A DNA stretch of 64,000 bases from an uncultured delta proteobacterium (GTDB lineage Bacteria; Desulfobacterota; Syntrophorhabdia; Syntrophorhabdales; WCHB1-27), in assembly GCA_963825005.1 (NCBI GenBank), contig CAWGRP010000029.1, forward strand, positions 192,245 through 256,244, written 5' to 3'. A model generated the notes under the pieces. It had not been told where the DNA came from and made no database searches. It saw nothing but the letters and a program-made list of their open reading frames with translations. A program made the translations under genes and the position numbers. This document shows, piece after piece, positions 27,375 through 36,429 of the stretch. Each line of letters starts with the position of its first letter. The first letter of the stretch is position 1.

Positions 27375-30300
27375 TCACCTGGACTTGGAAGGCCCCCTTG
27401 AATGCTCCTTGACCTGATGCATAAAGGCTTCCAATCGAGTCGTGATATTGGTCAATCCCTGACCGTCGTAAGCGAGGTTGAGCACGGGAACGCCATATTT
27501 ATTCTGAATAAGTTTCATGACCGCGTTCGATATCGTGCCGGGCATACAGGTGAACGGCATGGCATTGATGATTCCGGAAGCGCCCTTGCGTATGAAATCT
27601 ATGCTCTTGCCGACGCTCAGTATCGCTTCCCCTTCGAAACTTTCGTCGATGTAGGGACTGGCATCGTGAATCACCTGCCTGACTGCGGGCTCACGGCCGT
27701 AGCGAAGATACTCGGCGAATATCTCCTCCATGCGGTGTTCATCCTTTCGCTGGATATGATCGGTCAGCACCATTGTCAGCAGGTTTGAGAGGCTTCTCTT
27801 CTGTGCACTCCTCTTCTTCCCCATGTAGTTGACGTAGTTTATCCATTCGGTTATCGGCGCGAGCCATGCTTCTCCGCCAAACTCCTCCACCTTCCTGACC
27901 AGATCATCGTTGCTGAACCGGTTCGATCTGATGTAAATCTCGCCCACGATGCCAACGATCGGTTTCTCCGTCGATTTCGTGGGAACAGCAAGAAAGCGCT
28001 TCACCGCATGTTCAAGTACCTCGAAGAGCCCGTTATTGCGTCTCTCTATCGCTTTGGAAACGGCGTCGAGCATCTCTCCGTACACCTGCTGCGTCTGCCC
28101 GGGAACCTCTTCATAGGGCCTCACGCTGTGCAGCATCTTGAGGAGCATGTCAGTTGAGACGATCGCTCTCCACCCAAGTCGGGAGAACTTACCGCCGACA
28201 ATGTTAAGCTCCTGGTAGAGTTTTTCATCCTGGTTGGGCGCATAGATAGGTACATTTGTAAAACCTTGCTCGTCGAGCACCATCCTGTGAAGACGATGGT
28301 ATTGACCGAAACGGCAAGGGCCCCGGCCTGATGGCATAAAGAAGGCGCTCGCCGTCCGGCTCAAATCCTTCTTTCCTTGCGGTCTTGAGCATATCGCCCG
28401 TGGTCAAAATGCAGGGATAGCACTCTTTGCCGATCGTGAATTTGCGCCCCAACTGCACGGTCTGTTCGTCAGACTCGTCCATAACTTCCGCTTCCGCCCC
28501 TGAAGCACGAAAAGCCCCGACAAAAGGGATCGAATGGTCGGACATATAAGGGATATAAATCTTGCGTGCTTTCTTGCCGACATAAAAGACCGGTGCCGCC
28601 TTTTCTTTTGCCGCGAGGTCCGGTCTGGCATTTTTGATACTGTCGAAGAAAGCCTCCAGGCGCGTGATAGCGCCGGCGTCGGCGCTGTGCTCATCGATTT
28701 CCAGCTGCAGGAAAGGCTTACCTTCCATGATCTTTTTGAAGAAATGCGTAATGAATGAATCGGGACCGCATCCGAAGTTGGTTATATAGATAGCAAAAAG
28801 ATTGGGGTGCGAACGGACTATTTTAGCTGCCCTCAGGATTTTCTGTCCGTACGCCCAGTACATATCCGTAAGATCGTCGTCATCCGGCACGCTCGACAGA
28901 GGCAGCATGTCCAGAGGTATTGCAGGTACGCCGAGGTCGAAGAGCTTCTTGTGAACGTTCAGGTTTGCTCCCGGATCCATGGCGTTATACGGTCTTCCGA
29001 TAACGACCATCACCTTTTCATCGCTCTTGATGGCGGAAAGGAAATCGGCGCCCGCACCTAGACATTCACCGTAAAATAATTCCTGGGCCGAACTGGCAAC
29101 ACGGAAAGCCCGTTCAACCTCTTTTCTGGATTTACCGAGAGACTTCCCGAAGGAGACGAGATTCTTGAGCGTAACCTCTTCGCCCTTGCCGAAGTGTATA
29201 ACAGGGGACTCAAGCTTTACACCCATCGCATCAAAGTCGATCGAGCCCTTGACCGTATACGGGAGCGACTGTGCGTACGGGCAGGCAAAGTTGGTCTCCA
29301 CCCCCTCGGACGGCTTCTTGAGGTCGATGATGCTCGGGATGAAGATCCTTTTTACACCTTTCGAGACGAGATTGAGAATATGGCCGTGCGCAAGCTTGAT
29401 CGGAAAGCACGATTCGACGATGATATTCTCAACACCCTCTTTTACCACCTTCTTATTGGTAGCATCGGAAAGTACAACCGGGAAACCGAGTTCGCCCAAA
29501 AAGGCCTTCCAGAAAGGTAGGAGTTCGTGCATGTTGAGAATTCTGGGGATACCGATGGGCTCTGCCTCGGTGTGCGCCTTCACCGCGTAATCCTTGTAGA
29601 GGCTCTCTTCCCTCAGCTTGAACAGGTCTACCATCGACTTCTTCTGTATCTTCCTCACGACATCGTACTTCTCGCACCTGCTCCCGTAGTAGAGAGGCGT
29701 CTCTCCCTCGCAGGTTACCTTCCTGATCTCGCAAAGGTTTTCGCAGCCTTTGCATTCGAAGGTGTCCACCGCGTATTCGCGCTTGCTCAGATCAAACCCT
29801 TTGAAGCCGCTTTTGTCCCAGGTCCTCTCCTTCATCGCGAGAATGGCGACCCCGATAGCGCCTGTGACATCGTGGTGCGAGGGCACGGTGATCGGCTTCT
29901 CGACCACCCTTTCGAATGCAGCGACAACGCCTTTGTTGAAGGCTGTCCCTCCCTGGAAGAAAATCTTTTTCCCGACCCTGCGGTCGCCCACTACCTTGTT
30001 CAAGTAGTTCAACACTATGGAGTAGCAGAGTCCTCCTGCGATGTCCTGTATATCGGCGCCACCCTGCTGGTGGTGGATCACATCCGATTCAATAAAAACA
30101 GTGCAGCGTTCTCCCATCTTGATAGGCGTGGACGACTTGAGAGCAAGTCCTGCAAACTCCTCCTTGATCGAGACGCCGAGCCGCTCTGCCTGTTCCTCCA
30201 GAAAAGAGCCTGTACCTGCTGCGCATGCTTTGTTCATTTCAAAATCAACGATCACGCCGTTATCGATGCTGATATATTTAGAGTCCTGGCCGCCGATCTC

Positions 30301-31542
30301 AAATATCGTATCGACTTCGGGATCGATAGAGATTGCCGCCTCTGCCTGAGCCGTGATCTCATTCCTGACAATATCTGCTCCTATGAAATCCGCAGTGAGG
30401 TAGCGTCCTGAACCTGTGGTCCCGACGCCCACGACCTCCACGAAATCGCCGATCTCCTCCCCCATCTCGGCGAGACCGCGCTTCACAGCCTCTAAGGGCC
30501 GGCCTGCCGTCATGAGGTATCTCTTTGCGAGGACATTTTTTTCCTCATCGATGGCGACAAGGTTCGTGCTGATCGATCCGACGTCCACGCCGAAATAGAC
30601 TTTCACCTTTTCAGTCGGCCGCTTCATATCGTAATTGATGTTTCTGTTTCTCTCCGAAAGGATGAGCGGCTCATGGGCGTCCGCCCGTTCCTCCTGCGCC
30701 AGATACGTATCCACGTTCTGTACGCCCAGATACTCCCTCCTGGTCCGCGGCTCGTCAAGCGCAGCATAGATCGCGCCGAGTGCTCCCATGGAGGTGAAAT
30801 GTTCCGGAATAATAAGCTCACTCTCATCTACCCCGAAAACTTCTTTGATGGCCTTGCGCATGCCCGGATTCGCGGCCACGCCTCCCACGAAGGCGACCGG
30901 CTTTGCTGTCTCCTTGCCCTTGGCTATATTGCTCTTGAAGTTTCGTGCCAGAGCGTAACAGAGTCCGGCCACCAGCTCATAATCGGGCGTCGCGATCTGC
31001 TGCAGGTGAATCATGTCGGATTTGGCAAAGACGGTGCACCGTCCCGCCAGACGCGGCGTATTCTTCGATTTCAGAGCTACTTCACCGAACTCTTCAATGG
31101 TGAAGCCGAGGCGCGATGCCTGCTGGTCAAGGAATGACCCGGTGCCCGCGGCGCATAACGTGTTCATGGAAAAGTCTTTAATCTTAAACGTTCCACGATC
31201 TTTATCGCTTTCAAAGAGAATAAGCTTTGAGTCCTCTCCGCCCAGGTCGATGACGCTGCGGACGTGCGGATAATGCCGTTGAAATGCTTTCGTGAGAGCT
31301 ATGATCTCGTTGGTAAATGCGGCGCCGACAAGCTCGGCGAACTTCTTGGCTCCGACTCCGGTCGCGGCTACGAGTTCGATATTGCCGGCGTATTGAGTCA
31401 TGAGTTGCTCAAGGACTTCTCTCGCAGCTTTTATGGGTTTGCCTTTGTGACGGATATACCTCTCTTCTACAAGGCTTTCCTTCTCATCGATTACTGCCAC
31501 GTCCACGCTTACTGAACCTATGTCAAGGCCAATCCGGAACAT
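27375..31542 (-). pseudogene. BcrAD/BadFG-type double ATPase fused to HgdB/DUF2229-like domain (CoA-enzyme activase-like, about 1400 aa), frame-disrupted
   Basis: Two acetate/sugar-kinase-fold modules (FRIGLDIGSVSVDVAV...LCAAGTGSFLDQQA; YFGVDVGSISTNLVA...ACAAGTGSFLEEQA). The C-terminal part continues in the +1 frame (ORF 27375..28364). Junction at about 28340-28364 (…KEGFEP / TASAFFMPSGRGPCRFGQY…). Confidence 0.8.
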
Positions 31543-31626
31543 CCAATTCCCCCCGCAAGCACATTGATTTCAGGCCGTTCTTGTGATAAATATGTAATAG
31601 GATATTCATTCAGCTCACAAAAGTCA

Positions 31627-31902
31627 ATGAATAGAAGGGCGGAGATACTGGTCAGAGGTCTTGTCCAGGGCGTCTTTTTCCGGCACAACACGAAAAAGAG
31701 AGCTGATGAACTCCGCCTCGCGGGCAGCGTAAGAAATCTCAGAGACGGTCGGGTGGAAATTGTCTGTGAAGGGGCTGAAGAAGAGATCGAGAATCTTATC
31801 GGATGGGCAAAGCGCGGCCCTCAAGGCGCACGTGTCGAACACGTCGACGTCACCTTTAAGGAATATACCGGTGAGTTCAAAGAATTCCGGATCCTCTACT
31901 GA
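31627..31902 (+). CDS. acyP: acylphosphatase
   Basis: Signature VRGLVQGVFFR and GSVRNLRDGRVEIVCEG. About 91 aa from MNRRAEIL. Confidence 0.8.
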   Translation: MNRRAEILVRGLVQGVFFRHNTKKRADELRLAGSVRNLRDGRVEIVCEGAEEEIENLIGWAKRGPQGARVEHVDVTFKEYTGEFKEFRILY

Positions 31903-31949
31903 CCATATCGACCGCAGGGATATACCTTTAGCGCGCGCCCTCCGTATGA

Positions 31950-32765
31950 ATGCACAAACCGTTTTCTACATTACCGGTCATTCTCTACCTCATTGCAACC
32001 CTCTGTTATCTTGTCTATCTAGCGGGCAGAAAAGAGGCGGTCGAGAAGATTGGATCGTATGCGCTCGTATGCGCCTGCCTCGTCCATTTCGCAGTTACGC
32101 TCCTGAGATATATTGAGGCGGGCTACACCCCCATCACAAACCTGCATGAGTCGCTCTCCTTCTTCTCGCTGTGCGCCGCGGTCTTCTTTCTTTACCTGAG
32201 AAAGTCATACAAGATGGCGGCTCTCGGAAGCATCGTGCTTCCCGTCATATCGGTCATGGTTATCTGGGCGCTCACGCTCCCCTCTCCCGCAAAACCTCTG
32301 CCTCCCGTGCTCCAGAGTTACTGGCTACCCATCCATACGGGCTTTGCATTTTTAGGCGACGCTATTTTCCTGGTGGGATGTCTTGTCTCGATTGTCTATC
32401 TTCTGGCCGAGCGGGACATCAAGCGAAAGAGGCTCCACTCTATTTTTGGAAACTTTCCCTCCCTTGAGACTCTTGATCGCATAAACTACAAATGCATGTC
32501 TTATGGCTTTCCTTTCCTGACCATCGGCATCGTTACCGGCTCGATCTGGGCGCAGTCAGCCTGGGGCTCCTCCTGGAGCTGGGATCCCAAGGAGACCTGG
32601 TCGCTCATTACGTGGATCGTTTACGCCATCCTGATCCACAATCGATTCACCATGGGGTGGCGCGGCAGGAAAACAGCATACCTTATGATACTTGGCTTCA
32701 TATCGGTGATCGTGACTTTCCTCGGCGTCAATCTCCTTATGGGAGGACTCCATTCCTACATCTGA
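31950..32765 (+). CDS. cytochrome c assembly protein family (CcsA/HemX-like) membrane protein
   Basis: Eight predicted TM segments and a Trp-rich motif WAQSAWGSSWSWDPKETWSLITW. It lies directly upstream of hemA. Confidence 0.75.
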   Translation: MHKPFSTLPVILYLIATLCYLVYLAGRKEAVEKIGSYALVCACLVHFAVTLLRYIEAGYTPITNLHESLSFFSLCAAVFFLYLRKSYKMAALGSIVLPVISVMVIWALTLPSPAKPLPPVLQSYWLPIHTGFAFLGDAIFLVGCLVSIVYLLAERDIKRKRLHSIFGNFPSLETLDRINYKCMSYGFPFLTIGIVTGSIWAQSAWGSSWSWDPKETWSLITWIVYAILIHNRFTMGWRGRKTAYLMILGFISVIVTFLGVNLLMGGLHSYI

Positions 32766-32787
32766 AAGCAACGCCATCTGCTTTGCC

Positions 32788-34065
32788 GTGGTAGGTGTAA
32801 ACCACAGCACGGCACCTCTTGACGTGAGGGAAAAGCTTCACATCACGGAAGAGACAACCCCCGTGCTGCTTGGGGAGTTGAAAAGAGCCGGCGCTGAGGA
32901 GGCCGTGGTACTCTCGACCTGCAACAGAACGGAGATCTACGTCTCGGCTGAATCTCCCGAGGCGGCGATACGCGCGGTCAATGATACGCTGGAGAAGAAC
33001 CTCGGCATCACCGCAGAGTGGTTACATCATTATGCCTACACGCTCAGCTTTGAAGAGGCATACCGTCACCTCTTTCTCGTTGCATCGGGCCTCGATTCAA
33101 TGGTAGTCGGCGAACCCCAGATACTGGGACAGGTGAAAGATGCTTATAAACAGGCGGCGCAGAGCGGCACGACGGGTCAGCTTTTTGAGAAGGTGTTTAA
33201 TCGCGCGTTTCAGACGGCCAAACGGGTTCGCACCGAGACCAGGATAGGCTACAACCCGGTTTCCATAAGCAGCATGGCCGTAGAGCTGGCCCGCAAGATA
33301 TTCGGTGAAATCACGCAGAAAAAGATACTGGTGATCGGCGCCGGAGAGATGTGCGAGATCGCTCTCAAAAACTTCAAGAAAGTAGGTGTGCAGGAAATAT
33401 TTATCACCAACAGGACTTTTCAAAAAGCACAGCTCCTTGCCGAAGAGATCGTCGGCACGCCATCGCCTTTTGAGGAGATCCCCGAGTTACTTCTTAAAGT
33501 GGATATGGTGCTTTCATCCACGGGTGCCGATAAGCCGATCATCGACAAGGATCTCGTGCTCACGGTCATGAAGAGACGCAAGCAGAGGCCGCTTTTCTTC
33601 ATCGACATTGCAGTTCCGCGTGACGTTGAACCGGAGGTAAACAAGATCGATAATGTCTATCTTTACGATATAGACGATTTGAAAGGGCTCTCTCAGTCTC
33701 ACCTCTCCGACCGGCTGCAGGAATCGGAGCGCGCACACGCCATTGTCGAAGAAGAGACGCGCAAGTTCGAGACGTGGTTGCAGCAACTGGAGTTGGGACC
33801 CGTCATTACGCAGGTACTGGAGAAGCTTGAGAAGGTACGCGCAGCAGAAGTGAAGAAGGTCGCGCAGCGCCTGAAATCGGTCGACGAGGAGACGCTCAAA
33901 CAGATGGAAATGCTTTCAAAAGCTATCGTAAGCAAGATAGCGCATCCTCATATCATGATGATCAAGAAGAACGGGAGCCCTCTCGTGCTCGACGTGATGA
34001 AGGGGCTGTTCCAGGCTGAGGAGGAAGATGAAAAAGAGATGGATACTGGGGACAAGGGGGAGTAA
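32788..34065 (+). CDS. hemA: glutamyl-tRNA reductase
   Basis: VGVNHSTAPLDVREK, the active-site context STCNRTEIY, and an NADPH-binding VIGAGEMCE. GTG start as listed. The true start may be slightly upstream or different. Confidence 0.9.
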   Translation: MVGVNHSTAPLDVREKLHITEETTPVLLGELKRAGAEEAVVLSTCNRTEIYVSAESPEAAIRAVNDTLEKNLGITAEWLHHYAYTLSFEEAYRHLFLVASGLDSMVVGEPQILGQVKDAYKQAAQSGTTGQLFEKVFNRAFQTAKRVRTETRIGYNPVSISSMAVELARKIFGEITQKKILVIGAGEMCEIALKNFKKVGVQEIFITNRTFQKAQLLAEEIVGTPSPFEEIPELLLKVDMVLSSTGADKPIIDKDLVLTVMKRRKQRPLFFIDIAVPRDVEPEVNKIDNVYLYDIDDLKGLSQSHLSDRLQESERAHAIVEEETRKFETWLQQLELGPVITQVLEKLEKVRAAEVKKVAQRLKSVDEETLKQMEMLSKAIVSKIAHPHIMMIKKNGSPLVLDVMKGLFQAEEEDEKEMDTGDKGE

Positions 34066-34960
34066 GCTCGCTCTCAGGCAGACTGAGATCGTAATCGGCA
34101 GGCTTACGCAACTCTATCCCGACTATCAGTTTGAAAGAGAGATTATAAAGACAACGGGCGACACCATCTGGGATAAGCCGCTCCATCTGATCGGCGGCAA
34201 AGGCCTGTTCGTCAAGGAAATAGAAGACGCGTTGCTTTCTGGAGCTATTGATATGGCGGTCCACAGCGTGAAGGATATGCCTGTGGAGCTTCCGGAGGGG
34301 CTGCTGCTTGGCGCTGTGCTTGAGCGGGAGAATCCCCGCGACGCCTTTATCTCCGACAAACATGAAAGGTTTGCAGAAATAAGGCCCGGCGCAAGGATTG
34401 GAACCGGCAGTCTGCGGCGCAAGGCTCAGCTTCTCAACCTCAACAAAGAGATTGAAGTCGTACCTATCAGGGGCAATGTTGACACCCGGCTCCGCAAGCT
34501 CAGGGAGCAGGGTCTTGATGCGATTATCCTGGCGTGCGCAGGTGTGAGGCGCATGGGTTTTGCCGAGCACATCAAAGAGATACTCTCACTGGATATGATG
34601 GTGCCACCTTCCGGTCAGGGTGCCATAGGCATCGAAACGCGCGATGAAGCCGAGTCACTCGATCTGCTCATGCCGCTCAATCATGAACAGACCATGTTCG
34701 AAGTCGCGGTAGAGAGAAAGCTGCAGGCGCTCATTGGCGGTGGTTGCAGCGTGCCTCTCGGCATCAATGTCTCGCTCGCAGATGGGAAATTGATTATTCA
34801 CTCCGCCTTCGGCACGGAAGAAGGCGAGCTCCTCGTCAAACAGCGGTTCGAAGGAAGCACCGACGAAGCCGACGCTCTCGTGGCCAAAAGCCTCAAACCC
34901 ATAAAGGCAGCGCAGGACAAACTGCTGGGTCCAGGGTCCGGGGTTCCGGGTCCCGCGTAA
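34028..34960 (+). CDS. hemC: hydroxymethylbilane synthase (porphobilinogen deaminase)
   Basis: ILGTRGSKLALRQTE..., IRGNVDTRLRKL, and the cofactor Cys context GGGCSVPLG. The 3' end (GPGSGVPGPA) is encoded by one arm of a palindromic repeat. Confidence 0.9.
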   Translation: MKKRWILGTRGSKLALRQTEIVIGRLTQLYPDYQFEREIIKTTGDTIWDKPLHLIGGKGLFVKEIEDALLSGAIDMAVHSVKDMPVELPEGLLLGAVLERENPRDAFISDKHERFAEIRPGARIGTGSLRRKAQLLNLNKEIEVVPIRGNVDTRLRKLREQGLDAIILACAGVRRMGFAEHIKEILSLDMMVPPSGQGAIGIETRDEAESLDLLMPLNHEQTMFEVAVERKLQALIGGGCSVPLGINVSLADGKLIIHSAFGTEEGELLVKQRFEGSTDEADALVAKSLKPIKAAQDKLLGPGSGVPGPA

Positions 34961-35039
34961 ACAAAACAACCAACCCAGAACCCGCCTATCTGTTTATGTA
35001 TTCACTTTTAATTTTTCCGGACCCTGGCTACTGGACCCC
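34928..35039. repeat. palindromic GC-rich repeat between convergent hemC and marC (likely bidirectional terminator)
   Basis: CCAGGGTCCGGGGT (34932-34945) is the reverse complement of ACCCCGGACCCTGG (35032-35045). The right arm has the form GGACCCTGG-CTAC-TGGACCCCGGACCCTGG. A related element lies at 46628-46659. Confidence 0.5.
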
Positions 35040-35050
35040 GGACCCTGGGT

Positions 35051-35632
35051 TTACGGTAACGTAAACCCGCTCAGTCCTCTCCGTATGAACATGATCGCTA
35101 TGCTTGCAAGGATCAGGGCGAATACTTTGGAGATCGCTTCCAGCCATCGTCTGCCTACGAGCCTCAGAATAGGATGAGCAAACCTGAAGACAAGTCCGCA
35201 GATAAACAGGTTGAGGATCAGAGAAATAAACGTATAATAAAACCCCATTGCATTGAAGAGAATTAATGACGTAGCGAAGACTGCGGGCCCGGCCAGGAGC
35301 GGAACGCCGAGGGGCACAACGCCGAAGAGGTCCTCCTGACCCTCAAGGCCGCCCTTTCCGGTGACAAGGTCTTTGGCAGCGATCAAAAAAAGGATCGCTC
35401 CCCCTGCAACGAAAAAGTCTTCAATAGTAATATTCAGATAGGCCAGGATCTTCCTGCCTGCGAGCATAAAGCCGACTGCCGCGAGACAGGCGGTCACGAT
35501 AGACTCCCGCAACACCCGGCCCCGCATCCGTTCATCCATCTTCAGGGAAAACTTCCCGAAGAAGGGCAGTACGCCCACTATGTCAAAGGCCACAAAAAGC
35601 GGAATGAAACACTTCAGAAAATTATCCCACAC
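35051..35632 (-). CDS. MarC-family (UPF0056) membrane protein
   Basis: 193 aa with six hydrophobic segments. The family-like N-terminus FIPLFVAFDIVGVLPFF and a central GxxxLxxxG pattern are present. Confidence 0.75.
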   Translation of the reverse strand: MWDNFLKCFIPLFVAFDIVGVLPFFGKFSLKMDERMRGRVLRESIVTACLAAVGFMLAGRKILAYLNITIEDFFVAGGAILFLIAAKDLVTGKGGLEGQEDLFGVVPLGVPLLAGPAVFATSLILFNAMGFYYTFISLILNLFICGLVFRFAHPILRLVGRRWLEAISKVFALILASIAIMFIRRGLSGFTLP

Positions 35633-35698
35633 GGTATTTGACTTTCGGCTCTTGCGTGATCAGATTCCAACTATAAAGATAAGTCTCTCGGTCCCCGT

Positions 35699-35776
35699 GG
35701 TCTATCTAGTCTGTTTTAGTCTATCTCGTCCATGCAATTTCTTTATGACCAGATAGACCAGACGACCAGATAGACT
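35699..35776. repeat. four copies of RGTCTATCT (two direct, two inverted) between cooT-like stop and marC start
   Basis: GGTCTATCT 35699-35707; AGTCTATCT 35718-35726; AGATAGACC 35751-35759; AGATAGACT 35768-35776. The flanks extend the symmetry (GTCTGTTTTAGTCTATCT / AGATAGACTAAACAGAC). Confidence 0.55.
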
Positions 35777-35969
35777 AAACAGACTTCTCTCTTATCACTA
35801 CTTTGTTGTCCGTAAGGGAGACTGATTCGATTTCCGCCTTGTAAACCTTCTGTTCTCCGAAGATCGTTTCAAAACGGAGCCCTTCATCGTCCTGCTCGAT
35901 CAAGTAAACGTCTTTCAGAAGAAGTGTTTCTTCACCCTTCTCTTGCTTGAACACCTTCACTTCACACAT
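35775..35969 (-). CDS. CooT-family-like small metal-binding protein (64 aa)
   Basis: MCEVKVFKQEKGEETLLLKDVYLIEQDDEGLRFETIFGEQKVYKAEIESVSLTDNKVVIREKSV. The N-terminal Met-Cys and overall pattern match my recollection of CooT nickel chaperones (MC..KV...G...DV....R..T.F.E......V.L). The start overlaps the upstream gene by 13 nt. Confidence 0.6.
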   Translation of the reverse strand: MCEVKVFKQEKGEETLLLKDVYLIEQDDEGLRFETIFGEQKVYKAEIESVSLTDNKVVIREKSV

Positions 35970-36379
35970 TGTTTGATCCCCTTTGCCACTTCTTGAACCA
36001 GTATATCTATCATTTGCGGAATAGAGATAGTCTGCGTGCCGATCACAACCAGATTGCTTTGCGTCACAGGAAGGATATATTTAACTGCCTCGGCATCCGC
36101 CACTGCCTGTGCCATAACCGGCGTAAACTCGCCGAGCATGGAGTTTGCCATCAGAATATTGATCGTTCCGATCACGATGTCGGCCTTCGGCAATGTCGTC
36201 TTTATTGCGTTTTCGCCCGACGCTCCTTTATTCGCCCGCGCCTTCATCATATTCTGCGTTGCAGCAGAGTTGGTGCCCAGGGCAATGATCTCAACCTCCT
36301 CTCTAAGCCGCTCCCTGAGCCTAGCAATGATTACACTACCGATTTTCCCTCCCTGACCATCGACAACGCAGATTACCAC
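35957..36379 (-). CDS. DUF3842-like protein (140 aa)
   Basis: MVICVVDGQGGKIGSVII...IIALGTNSAATQNMMKARANKGASGENAI...IVIGTINILMANSMLGEFTP resembles the DUF3842 family pattern from memory. GTG start. Confidence 0.55.
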   Translation of the reverse strand: MVICVVDGQGGKIGSVIIARLRERLREEVEIIALGTNSAATQNMMKARANKGASGENAIKTTLPKADIVIGTINILMANSMLGEFTPVMAQAVADAEAVKYILPVTQSNLVVIGTQTISIPQMIDILVQEVAKGIKQCVK

Positions 36380-36429
36380 GCAGTCACCATGATTCTCACA
36401 TTTTACCTTTTTTTGGCACTTTTCCGAAA

